DNA from: an uncultured Gammaproteobacteria bacterium | GTDB taxonomy: Bacteria > Patescibacteriota > Patescibacteriia > UBA11705 | Assembly: GCA_964592195.1 (NCBI GenBank) | Contig: CAZQEI010000005.1 | Span: 5,689 to 69,688, forward strand | Direction of reading: 5' to 3' | DNA: 64,000 nucleotides | Part shown: positions 1 to 11,410 of the stretch, piece after piece | How positions within the stretch are numbered: the first letter of the stretch is position 1 | How the letters are laid out: each line of letters opens with the position of its first letter | Translations under genes and position numbers: made by a program | Notes under the pieces: model-generated | What the model saw: only the letters and a program-made list of their open reading frames with translations | What the model was told of the DNA's origin: nothing | The model's database searches: none

Positions 1-156
1 ACGAGCTTCATCAGAAAAAACTGAAAGATATGAATTCAATTCATTATTATTATTTTCAATGCGATCCAAATAGTGCATAACCAATTCCTGACATGAAAAG
101 TCTTTATTTTTCAATCCTTCTTGCACTTCTGTTATGGAAAGTTTATTTAAATTCAT
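1..156 (-). CDS. gatA: Asp/Glu-tRNA amidotransferase subunit A, 5' part (runs off the window)
   Basis: Manual translation MNLNKLSITEVQEGLKNKDFSCQELVMHYLDRIENNNNELNSYLSVFSDEAR is a typical amidase N-terminus; immediately downstream of gatC. Confidence 0.85.
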   Translation of the reverse strand, partial: MNLNKLSITEVQEGLKNKDFSCQELVMHYLDRIENNNNELNSYLSVFSDEAR

Positions 157-157
157 A

Positions 158-448
158 CTATTTATGTTTTAAAACTGATTTAACGCGCACCTGACCATCT
201 TCCACGTCTGGCGCGGCCGCTAACACTTCCTCGGCTGAATAAATCAAGTGGGACTCATCCGGCCGCGTAATGTTTTCTTGGCCAGTGATGTGATCCATGG
301 CTGGGATAGTGCTTAAGTCAACCTCGTTAAGTTGATTCATATACGTCAAAATCGACGACAGCTGGGTCGCAAATTTCTTTTTTTCTTCTTCAGTTAAATC
401 TAGCTTGGATAGTTTAGCTAGGTGGTCAATCTGTTTAAGTGAAAGCAT
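158..448 (-). CDS. gatC: Asp/Glu-tRNA amidotransferase subunit C
   Basis: 96 aa, IDHLAKLSKL...LSSILTYMNQLNEVD...RPDE...AP pattern; precedes gatA. Confidence 0.93.
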   Translation of the reverse strand: MLSLKQIDHLAKLSKLDLTEEEKKKFATQLSSILTYMNQLNEVDLSTIPAMDHITGQENITRPDESHLIYSAEEVLAAAPDVEDGQVRVKSVLKHK

Positions 449-472
449 ATAAGCATTTTAACAAGGTAGTTC

Positions 473-599
473 CCTCTTCTGCGAGCCCCGAAAGTATTGA
501 GGGGCGTGGCAGTCTCAATTGAACTGTTACTTGTATATAATAAATTTTAAAGAGATTGCTTCGTCTCCCCGATTAAATCGGTGATCCTCGCAAATGAGG
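473..599. repeat. Inverted pair of TGCGAG...GCA(A/G)TCTC palindromic REP-like units
   Basis: cctcttctgcgag...gtggcagtctc (473-516) and gagattgcttcg...ctcgcaaatgagg (552-599); same family at 20898-21034, 35542-35658 and 47622-47668. Confidence 0.8.
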
Positions 600-638
600 T
601 TACTATTTTACTTGCCTGCACAGACAGGAGTAGCTTCC

Positions 639-684
639 GTCGTGTCATCCGACACGACTGGCATGTCGAATGACATGCCGTAGT
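639..684. repeat. Double-hairpin dispersed repeat (second copy at 29181-29226)
   Basis: gtcgtgtc-atcc-gacacgac t ggcatgtc-gaat-gacatgcc gtagt; the copy near atpG is nearly identical. Confidence 0.85.
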
Positions 685-732
685 TCAGAATTAATTCAAT
701 CTATTCTATCCGTAGAATCCGTAGCCTTGTAA

Positions 733-1047
733 CTAAATCGCAACCCCATATAATCCTGCGATAATCGATGTAATCCTACGGGCTTCGTTCTCCACCAACT
801 CACCCTCATACTCCCCCGAATGCGCAGTCGAACCTTCATAGGAAACTTCTTTTTGGTCAATATGAATGCTGAAATCAAAATGGTCTTCAAACTTTTTAAT
901 ATAAACGTGGAAGCGTGGATAATGACCACTTCCCAGTGAACGCTTATAACTGGTTTCTTTGGTGTGAAAGCTGGTAATTTCACCATAACCACACCGACGA
1001 ATCAAATCTTCCGGGTTATATTCTTTGTATGGAAAACTAAAGTTCAT
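733..1047 (-). CDS. Hypothetical protein (YPRFH motif)
   Basis: 104 aa ORF abutting the ligA stop on the same strand. Confidence 0.7.
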   Translation of the reverse strand: MNFSFPYKEYNPEDLIRRCGYGEITSFHTKETSYKRSLGSGHYPRFHVYIKKFEDHFDFSIHIDQKEVSYEGSTAHSGEYEGELVENEARRITSIIAGLYGVAI

Positions 1048-1048
1048 A

Positions 1049-3088
<2,040 letters not shown>

Positions 3089-3114
3089 TTAAATCATTAT
3101 AAGTGCCTTATTAT

Positions 3115-3217
3115 TTACATCCCCATTTATGGGGGAGTAAAAGTCAACCAACATGGCAAAAGAAAATATTTTTTCAAAGGTTAAAAAGTTCCAACTCCCA
3201 CCTAAAGGTGGATGTAA
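3115..3217. repeat. Inverted pair of 24-bp hairpin units (REPIN-like)
   Basis: ttacatccccatttatgggggagt (3115-3138) versus reverse complement of 3194-3217, ttacatccacctttaggtgggagt. Confidence 0.65.
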
Positions 3218-3223
3218 TAATAA

Positions 3224-3763
3224 CTACACTTTAATCAATGTCACCACCAACGGCGTATATTTAAACTGCTTTTTCAAACTGGCGATGCATTTCAACAAAC
3301 TCGAAACTTTTATTTCCTTGCGTTTTCCTTCCCACGGATCAACGATCGTTGCTTGATTACTTTCTATTTTTTCTAAAACAATATAATGCCCGGCATGATC
3401 AGCATAATATTCATATTCCAAATATTTGGCATCCAAATAAACCAAAATCGGCTTATTTTTTGACCAGCGTTTTAAATTCACCAAAGATATTTCACCACCT
3501 GACACTTGAATATATTCGTTATCTTTTAACATTTTCTTCAAGTGCTTTTTGTATTGTTCAAATTCAACGATTACTTTTAATTTAACATGATACTTATTCA
3601 CAAACTCAGACAAAACACCAGGATGATAATCTAAATATTTCTTTTTCAACCCATTCAATAGCAACTGACCTTCAGCAGCTTTCGACATTTTGACACCAGT
3701 TAACATCGCCAAAGCGCATAGACCGCAACTTTGTGTATAATTTTGTTCTAACGGTTTAATCAT
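3224..3763 (-). CDS. Peptidase C39-like cysteine protease
   Basis: Q...SCGLCALAM (catalytic Cys), GHYIVL (His) and VDPW motifs. Confidence 0.8.
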   Translation of the reverse strand: MIKPLEQNYTQSCGLCALAMLTGVKMSKAAEGQLLLNGLKKKYLDYHPGVLSEFVNKYHVKLKVIVEFEQYKKHLKKMLKDNEYIQVSGGEISLVNLKRWSKNKPILVYLDAKYLEYEYYADHAGHYIVLEKIESNQATIVDPWEGKRKEIKVSSLLKCIASLKKQFKYTPLVVTLIKV

Positions 3764-3786
3764 ATTAAAAATTTAAATATTTCAAA

Positions 3787-3864
3787 TTAAACATTTATAA
3801 TCTCATTTTCGCGCATTTGACCTTCTAATTTTTGTAAACGAATTTTCGCTTCTGCTTTATTCAT
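3787..3864 (-). pseudogene. Remnant duplicate of the ligA 5' end (25 codons)
   Basis: MNKAEAKIRLQKLEGQMRE aligns with Lig[20 protein letters not shown]. Confidence 0.7.
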
Positions 3865-3930
3865 ATATTGCAATGCAAATTAATTTCGTGTTTGGAATTT
3901 GTAATTTTGGAATTTGTAATTTGGGATTTG

Positions 3931-3952
3931 CCCCGAAGGGGCCCCTTTGGGG
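3931..3952. repeat. 22-bp double hairpin CCCC-GAA-GGGG-CCCC-TTT-GGGG
   Basis: Exact reverse complement occurs at 53542-53563. Confidence 0.8.
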
Positions 3953-3960
3953 GAATTTAT

Positions 3961-5121
3961 TTATACATTTATTATTTCTTTTATCACCGTTGTGCCATTA
4001 AAACCATAAACCGCACATTGAGTGTTAGAAATCGGTTTGATGCTGGTAATTTCCTTAATACCACTATTTCTAGAACAAACCTCACCTTTATCATTCATAA
4101 CTACATGATTCCCCTCTCTATTCATCACACAATAAATTAGACGCTCGCCAACTACTTGAGTTAAACCATATTCAACTAAACGACCAAAATTACCGGGCAG
4201 GATTTCTTTGCCATCTACCCAGAGATGTTCTTCTCCTGAGCCTTCAAATGAAACAGCCACCAGTTTATTATTCCAAAACAATATCTTTTTTATCATTTTT
4301 AATTTTAACGTCCAATCAACCATTTTACTATTTATTTCAACGCCATTTTGTGCATTACTTTTACGCTGTAAAATAACCGCCAAATCATTTTCATTACGAG
4401 CAAAACCTAATATTATTGAATCTCCGGGAGCGTTATAAATTAGTCCTCCCTCAGAGACCACAGATTGACATCCCGCCATGATTGCAACAACATATAATTT
4501 ACCATCAATAAGATTAATGCCTCCAAATTTACTTACCTTATATTTACTCACCCAATCAATCCGCTTTTCATCAACCCAGATATGCAGTTTGTCAGAATTG
4601 TCTCTCCCATAAATGATAAAATGTCCATTTGAGTTTGCAACATCCACTCGATCCACAACCTCGGGGACTGCGTATTCATGCCCATTTTTCATATAGACAC
4701 CCGGCTTTAAATTATTCCTAGACTCATCACAAACCGAAACTGCATAACCATCTGGAATGCTAATTAAATTGTAGAAATTTGCATAATCCTCAGTTAGCAC
4801 ATTACCTAGATCATCCATAAGAATATCATTCTCACCATTTCTTATATGATAAACAAAACCTTTTTCAAGAGGAACAACGTTAAATATTTCAATATTTTCA
4901 CCTTCAATAAAATCACGAACATTCACACTGACAGCTTCCAACGACTCAGGTTTTACCAACCCGGCATAGTTTTCCACTTCTTTCAACAGTCGCGCCACAT
5001 GATCAGGATCTTTAGGATTACCGGTTTTGGCTAGTTCGCGCAATCGTTCATTAACATCAACCAAACTCACTGATTGCTCGTGAGTAACATCGCCGGTTAA
5101 TTTTTGTTCAAATGGTGACAT
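3961..5121 (-). CDS. Leader-domain protein, family A (MSPFEQKLTG leader + beta-rich body)
   Basis: Start moved to MSPFEQ (5121) by paralog alignment; the upstream extension is translated repeat DNA. Confidence 0.8.
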   Translation of the reverse strand: MSPFEQKLTGDVTHEQSVSLVDVNERLRELAKTGNPKDPDHVARLLKEVENYAGLVKPESLEAVSVNVRDFIEGENIEIFNVVPLEKGFVYHIRNGENDILMDDLGNVLTEDYANFYNLISIPDGYAVSVCDESRNNLKPGVYMKNGHEYAVPEVVDRVDVANSNGHFIIYGRDNSDKLHIWVDEKRIDWVSKYKVSKFGGINLIDGKLYVVAIMAGCQSVVSEGGLIYNAPGDSIILGFARNENDLAVILQRKSNAQNGVEINSKMVDWTLKLKMIKKILFWNNKLVAVSFEGSGEEHLWVDGKEILPGNFGRLVEYGLTQVVGERLIYCVMNREGNHVVMNDKGEVCSRNSGIKEITSIKPISNTQCAVYGFNGTTVIKEIINV

Positions 5122-5155
5122 TGTATTGTATATTATGAAATCTACTTCCTGCTTT

Positions 5156-5185
5156 TCCGCCTGAGGCGGATCCGCCTTTGGCGGA
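5156..5185. repeat. 30-bp TCCGCC-nnn-GGCGGA double hairpin
   Basis: tccgcctgaggcggatccgcctttggcgga; relatives at about 9767-9808 (interrupted) and 53246-53275 (inside mutM). Confidence 0.85.
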
Positions 5186-5212
5186 GGAATTTTGGATTTG
5201 AAATTTGGAATT

Positions 5213-6904
5213 TTAATTTTTATCATTTAACTCATTCTCATGAACAAACATAAAATTTTCGAGATCGAATAATCGTTTGTAAAGTTTATCATCTTGGCGA
5301 TAAGTCACCCAAGCGAATGACTTTGATGCTGGTGTGATGGAAACAAAGGCATCAGAGACTAAAATGCAAGGCGCTATCACTTGCTCACGCCCTTGTTCAT
5401 CAAACATGATCCAATCATCACCATCCTTCAACCTTTTTGTGACAAAAATTACCTTATCACCCACAGGAATCGATTTTATCCCATTTCCAGTGGAAACATC
5501 AAGAATTGTCTTTATAACACCTCTATCAGGACTAAAAATTGTAGTGTAGCGACTATCCGCCCCATGTTTGGATGAATAGTACAACTTATTTTGTGAATTA
5601 TGAATCACGGCACAATCTGACAACTCTTCATTAAAAAACTTTTTAGTTATCCTTTCCCCTTTTGCATTAAATACTTGCGTTCCAAAATTTTCATAATAAC
5701 CAATCACATACACCTCCTCGCCTTGAACAACCAATGAACTAGGTGTAGAGCAACCAGATTGCAAAAAATTCATATCCAAGTTACCATTAACCGCCAGGCA
5801 GGTACTAGCGGAGACTCTTAAAGAATGAGTAGAATAAACATGCTGACTATTTTCAACTATATTAACAACCCGACCATCAACATTATTTTTAATAACCTTA
5901 CCGCTTGAATTGAGTATGTATGCTTGAGAAATATTATTTACAGGCCAACTGCCTACCAAAAAGAATCCTTGGCCCTCATTATTCACTCTCACTGCGGGAT
6001 TTGAAATATAACCTTCCAGCGGTTCGCCGGTGGGTGTCGAGCCAAGGTACCCAGGCGTATTTTTCTTGCCCCAAATTTCACCTTTGTGATCACATATATA
6101 AAAATGTTGATCCTTGTCCTTCAATGCCATAAAAACTTTATCCCCGACTGGTTGCAAATGTCCAGTAATAATATATTCATCGGGCAAATCAAGAATACCA
6201 TCACGCTCAGAATACAGGCACCACTTATTATTTTTGATAACTAAGAACATATACTGACCTTGAAATCGAATAACTGTTTGCACGTCAATTCTAGAAAATT
6301 CTCCCTTGAATCTTTTACCATCCATCGTTACCAAGGAATAAAAGCCATCCATTTCTTTCTCTTGCCAAACTGCAAAATCTCCGGACATCAAATTTTGATA
6401 ATTCGCAGTTTCATTGACAGAAACATTAGGATTGATAACTTCGTTTTTTTCATTCACAAACCTATTCGGATTAAACCCTCCATCATTCTTGTCCCCTACA
6501 AAAATCACTTGACTTCCCACTTCACCTATTTCTGTGAAAGTGACAAAACCTTTACCTCCGGAAATATCTTCATTCGATTCATTAAAAACATGAACCATAC
6601 CATCCTTGTCATCGCAGGTAAAAAACAAGTGGCCATCAAAAACATAAATATTACTTTTATCCAAATTTGCAATTTGATTTATTTCATCAGTCTCAAATAA
6701 ATGAACAATCACATCATTTAAAATTTCCGACTTTTCAATCTGATTGGAATAGGCTGCCACTAAAGACAACAAAGTCTTCACTCTTCGCGGATCACGAGTA
6801 TCACCCTCCTTTACCACTTCACGCAGGCGTTCGTTTAAATCAACCAAGCTCACCGATTGATCGTGAGTAATATTGCCAGTTAGTTTTTGTTCAAATGGTG
6901 ACAT
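5213..6904 (-). CDS. Leader-domain protein, family A (563 aa, beta-propeller-like body)
   Basis: MSPFEQKLTGNITHDQSVSLVDLNERLRE leader shared with neighbours; body of short beta-strand/Gly-turn units. Confidence 0.8.
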   Translation of the reverse strand: MSPFEQKLTGNITHDQSVSLVDLNERLREVVKEGDTRDPRRVKTLLSLVAAYSNQIEKSEILNDVIVHLFETDEINQIANLDKSNIYVFDGHLFFTCDDKDGMVHVFNESNEDISGGKGFVTFTEIGEVGSQVIFVGDKNDGGFNPNRFVNEKNEVINPNVSVNETANYQNLMSGDFAVWQEKEMDGFYSLVTMDGKRFKGEFSRIDVQTVIRFQGQYMFLVIKNNKWCLYSERDGILDLPDEYIITGHLQPVGDKVFMALKDKDQHFYICDHKGEIWGKKNTPGYLGSTPTGEPLEGYISNPAVRVNNEGQGFFLVGSWPVNNISQAYILNSSGKVIKNNVDGRVVNIVENSQHVYSTHSLRVSASTCLAVNGNLDMNFLQSGCSTPSSLVVQGEEVYVIGYYENFGTQVFNAKGERITKKFFNEELSDCAVIHNSQNKLYYSSKHGADSRYTTIFSPDRGVIKTILDVSTGNGIKSIPVGDKVIFVTKRLKDGDDWIMFDEQGREQVIAPCILVSDAFVSITPASKSFAWVTYRQDDKLYKRLFDLENFMFVHENELNDKN

Positions 6905-7021
6905 TCTGTTAGATTTAAGATTAGAGTTTATAGATTGTAGATATTATGGGTGATGGTAATTGGGATAAGGATGCCAGAAAATAATATTCGTGGATTCCCC
7001 GCGTGGCGGGGCAGGCGTGGT

Positions 7022-8260
7022 CTAATTCGAGAGATCTTCCTCCGACACTGGTTCCATAATATCAACTGTCACGCAAATCGCTTGACCATCTTTAACTCCA
7101 TAAACCTTGCATATATTATCTTTTATTGGTTTCACAAAACTAATCGCATCGAATATGCCAACTCGAATGCAAGCCTCACCTTCATGGTTAACCAATCGCA
7201 ACCCATCGGAAGCATAGTCAGCAATCACAAACCCATCACCGACCTTCGTTAGTTCTTTACCATTTTCAATAATAATAAGTGGTTCTGCTGAGTCTGATGC
7301 CATCACTGTGTTCCTGGGGAAATCATTGTCAGCAACATATAAAGCCTTCCCTTCCCAAATTATGGAATTCCCAACCATATTTAAAATACGATCATCCAAA
7401 AATTTTTGATTTTTTCCTCTAATTTGTTTTATTCCGTAATGTTTATTGAACTCATCACGGTATTTAACATATAAACCATCCTCACCATCAGTAAATATTT
7501 CATTAACATTAAGACAACTAAACAATTCTTCCACTTATACCCCATCAATAAGCAAAAAATGTGTCTTATCACGCGATCCGACACAGACAATTTGATTATG
7601 ATAAAAACAAAAACTTGTAAAATATGAATAATTACTGGCCCATTCCTGTTCCTGTCCGTCAATCATCAAGGATGCAACAACTGTTTCTTTATTTCGTTTA
7701 TAGCCATCATCAGTAAAGATTATTTCGTGGCCACCAACATTCTTAACTGAAACACCTGAAAAGTTTTTATACCTGAGATCTTCTCCATTTTTTCTAATAA
7801 TCACAATATCCTCATGAAAGTCATTATGAAATCTCGATGGATGACTGCCCCTTTTACCTGTGGCAACAAATGAATCTCCAACTGATACTAAGTTGTTCAC
7901 TTCCCGTAAATTTTCAGACAAAACCTTACCTTTATTATCGACAATGATAAAATCCGAAGCTCTCCTCCCGATGATCACCGCACCACCAGCAATCGGCACA
8001 ACCTTCATAATTTGGTAAATGCCTAAATTTTCAAAATTAAAAACATCAAAGAGAACCTTCTTGCCTAATTTAATCTCATCCAAATCATCTTCAAATTCTT
8101 TTGAATATTTCTCCACCAATTGCAATAAAGCAGCAACGTTCTTTGGATCACGCGGATTTTTCACTTTTGCAGCTTCGTGCAAGCGTTCGTTAATATCAAC
8201 CAAACTCACCGCTTGATCGTGAGTAATATTGCCAGTTAATTTTTGTTCAAATGGTGACAT
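7022..8260 (-). pseudogene. Leader-domain protein, family A, split by one in-frame TAA (7535-7537)
   Basis: ORFs 7535-8260 and 7022-7534 are contiguous and in frame; LLIDGV*VEELFSC aligns with paralog LVLDGKEEEELPDC. Confidence 0.8.
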
Positions 8261-8386
8261 TCTGTTAAATTAGAGATTATAGATTTTATGTGATAATTAA
8301 ATCTTATTCGTGGATTCGTGGGAAATTCGTGGATTCCCCGCGTGACGGGGCAGGCGTGGGACATTTATGGATTTGCGGTCAATATA

Positions 8387-9616
8387 TTATAGATCTTCCG
8401 CTGAAACAGTTGTCATCGTATTTATAGTCACACAAATCGCTTGATTATTTTTATCAATTCCACAAACTTTGCAAATATTACCTTTAACAGGAAGAATGTC
8501 AGTAATTCTAACAAAATCAGATGGTTCTATACATGATACTCCTAAATAATTATAAACAGTTACACCATCGCCGGAAAGATCCCTACCAATCACGAGAAAA
8601 TCTTCATTAAAAGGAATAATGCCAAGCGATTCCTTGACTGTAAACAAGGGATTATTTTTATCTTTGGTCAAAGTAATATCGAGATAGCCTTGACCTGCAG
8701 TTGAGGATGTTTTCATGAATACCATCTGACCATAATTACCAGAGTATACAACTTGGTTGTTCACAATCCTAGTTAATTCAACCTCTTTGGAATCGTCATT
8801 TGTTTGAATTTCTTTAACCAATGTTACAGTTGTAATCCGCTTATCCGTGTAACAAACAAATAATTCATCCTTGGCATTTGAAATTAAATTAGTCACAGAG
8901 TCACAATCAGGTAACTCTTCCTCTTCCTTACCATCTAAAACAAGCCACCATTTACCATCACGATAACCAGCGCATGCGATGCCTTTGCAATAAGAACAAA
9001 ATGCTTTAACCTTTATATACTTTTTTGCCCACTCTTGATTTATTCCATTAATAATAACTTTAGCGGGTAAGTTCGTTTGATTTATTTTATGATAGGCGTA
9101 GACAATTTCACAATTATCAACAATCGCAATATTTGCATATCTATAACCGATTAACGATTCGTCTTCTCCCTGTGGTCGAACCACATTTATACTACCACCA
9201 CGATGAACAAGCGCGACAAAAGAATCTGTACCAATCCTATGAGGTCTGACATAAACATGATCAAAATTATCAGAATATTTTTTCCCATCAGTATCTAACA
9301 AAATTTTACCGGACTGATCATCACCATAAATCAAGATCTTCCTGCCAAAAAGTAAAACTGACTGGATATATTTTAATCCATATCTTTGAATAATATCCGA
9401 GTTGAAAAGTATTTTTTTCCCTAATTTTGTCCCATATAATTCATCCTCAAATTCCATGGAATATTGCTCCACCAATTGCAACAATGTGGCAACGTTTTTC
9501 GGGTCACGCGGGTTTTTACCTTTTGCGACTTCACGCAAGCGTTCGTTAATATCAACCAAACTCGCCGCTTGATCGTGAGTAACATCGCCAGTTAATTTTT
9601 GTTCAAAAAGAGACAT
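8387..9616 (-). CDS. Leader-domain protein, family A
   Basis: MSLFEQKLTGDVTHDQAASLVDINERLRE leader; C-terminus NICKVCG...QAICVT shared with the 7022-8260 gene. Confidence 0.8.
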   Translation of the reverse strand: MSLFEQKLTGDVTHDQAASLVDINERLREVAKGKNPRDPKNVATLLQLVEQYSMEFEDELYGTKLGKKILFNSDIIQRYGLKYIQSVLLFGRKILIYGDDQSGKILLDTDGKKYSDNFDHVYVRPHRIGTDSFVALVHRGGSINVVRPQGEDESLIGYRYANIAIVDNCEIVYAYHKINQTNLPAKVIINGINQEWAKKYIKVKAFCSYCKGIACAGYRDGKWWLVLDGKEEEELPDCDSVTNLISNAKDELFVCYTDKRITTVTLVKEIQTNDDSKEVELTRIVNNQVVYSGNYGQMVFMKTSSTAGQGYLDITLTKDKNNPLFTVKESLGIIPFNEDFLVIGRDLSGDGVTVYNYLGVSCIEPSDFVRITDILPVKGNICKVCGIDKNNQAICVTINTMTTVSAEDL

Positions 9617-9828
9617 AAGACTAATTAAAGAATAATACAAGGCTACAGATGCTACCGATATTTTCTACCGATACTACTGATTTAAAAATTAGTTCCCTGT
9701 ATTGGAATTTTCCGCCGGTCATCGACTCCGAGGTAAATGTATGTTTCGTCGCTCAGACTCGAGGAGAGGCGGATCCCTGCCTACCGGCAGGCAGGCGCCT
9801 TTGGCGGAGATTATTGGTGCTTGGTTAT

Positions 9829-11406
9829 TTAAACTAACGGTTGCCCCGTAATATATTTCGGTATCTCCACATTCATTATTTTCAACGCCGTAGCCGTCAC
9901 ATCTGACAACAATCCAACTGGTCGCAATAAACTTAAATCATTACCAATCAATTGTGATTCTGGTGAACTCTTGCCTTGATATTTTTCACCGACGATAATT
10001 AACGGCACTGGATTAGTGGAATGGTCTTTACTGATTTCGCCAGTTTGCAAATTGCGCAATTCTTCGCAGTTACCATGGTCAGAAGTTATAATACAATTAC
10101 CACCTTTGGAAAGAACTAAATCAACTAATTGCCCTAAACAATAGTCTACGGTTTCTACTGCTTTAATACAGGCGGGAATATCACCGGTATGACCAACCAT
10201 GTCAGGATTGGCGTAGTTAACTACAATAAAATCATGTTTTTCTTGCATTAAGGCTTTGTTCAACTTGGAAGTAACTTCCAACGCTGACATCTCCGGTTTA
10301 TCCGCGTAACTAGCTACGCGCGGAGAAGGGATAACATCGCGATCTTCAGCTTTGAAGGCCGCTTCTGCGCCACCATTGAAAAAGAAAGTTACATGCGCGT
10401 ATTTTTCTGTTTCCGCAATGTGATATTGACTCAAACCAACATCACTAACTATTTTGGATAAACAAGTAGAAACCTTTTCCTTGTGCATAGCCACTTCCAC
10501 CGGTAACCCTTCTTCATATTCAGTCATGGTAATCATCTTGATATTGTTAACTTTCTTGCGGTTAAAGCTATCAAATTCATCCAAAACCAAGGCTTTAGTT
10601 AATTGTCGCGCACGATCAGAACGATAGTTCATAAAAATTACCGCATCGCCATCTTCAATAGTGGCCACTGGTTTTCCACCTTCGGTAATAACAACAGGTA
10701 CAAACTCTTCATCAAAAACTTTTTTTGAATATGAGGCTTCTACGGCAGTCACGGCATCGTCAAAAGTTTCATCGCTCGTGCCTTCCACCATGGCTTTGTA
10801 AGTTTTTTCCACACGTTCCCAATGATTATCACGATCCATGGCATAAAATCGACCGGAAACAGTAGCAATTTTCCCTATACCAATCTCTGCTATTTTCTTT
10901 TTCAACGAAGTCATGTATTCTTTACCACCATTAAAAATCGTATCACGACCATCAATAAAGCAATGCAAGAAGACATCCTTAATTTTTTGTTGTTTGGCAA
11001 ATTCCAGCAAAGCATAAGCATGTTCAATAGTGGAGTGCACTTTGCCATCGCTCATCAAACCAATAATATGCAAGCGTGATTTATTTTGGCGCACATGTTC
11101 AGCGGCTGACAAAAACTTTTCATTTTCAAAAAATGCGCCATCATTAATATCTCTATCAATTAATGGTAAATTTTGAAACAAAACTTTACCCACACCCAAA
11201 TTGGTGTGTCCAACTTCAGAATTTCCAATCTCCCCCCAAGACAAACCGACTGATTCACCAGAGGCCAATAAAGTATAAACTGGGTAATTGGAAGCATACT
11301 TATCAAAATTCGGTTTTTTCGCCAGCGAAATACTATTACTATCACAGGGTGGCGCGATCCCAAAGCCATCCAAAACAATTAACACTAAAGGTTTGCGTTG
11401 AGACAT
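9829..11406 (-). CDS. gpmI: 2,3-bisphosphoglycerate-independent phosphoglycerate mutase (copy 2)
   Basis: VLIVLDGFG, GNSEVGH, DGRD, AETEKYAHVT, NPDMVGHTG, TSDHGNCE. Confidence 0.96.
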   Translation of the reverse strand: MSQRKPLVLIVLDGFGIAPPCDSNSISLAKKPNFDKYASNYPVYTLLASGESVGLSWGEIGNSEVGHTNLGVGKVLFQNLPLIDRDINDGAFFENEKFLSAAEHVRQNKSRLHIIGLMSDGKVHSTIEHAYALLEFAKQQKIKDVFLHCFIDGRDTIFNGGKEYMTSLKKKIAEIGIGKIATVSGRFYAMDRDNHWERVEKTYKAMVEGTSDETFDDAVTAVEASYSKKVFDEEFVPVVITEGGKPVATIEDGDAVIFMNYRSDRARQLTKALVLDEFDSFNRKKVNNIKMITMTEYEEGLPVEVAMHKEKVSTCLSKIVSDVGLSQYHIAETEKYAHVTFFFNGGAEAAFKAEDRDVIPSPRVASYADKPEMSALEVTSKLNKALMQEKHDFIVVNYANPDMVGHTGDIPACIKAVETVDYCLGQLVDLVLSKGGNCIITSDHGNCEELRNLQTGEISKDHSTNPVPLIIVGEKYQGKSSPESQLIGNDLSLLRPVGLLSDVTATALKIMNVEIPKYITGQPLV

Positions 11407-11410
11407 ATAG

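Noticed and set aside
5122-5226. N-terminal extension MIKIK...PPKADPPQAE on the 421-aa ORF
   Set aside because: It is translated heptamer and palindrome DNA upstream of the paralog-supported MSPFEQ start
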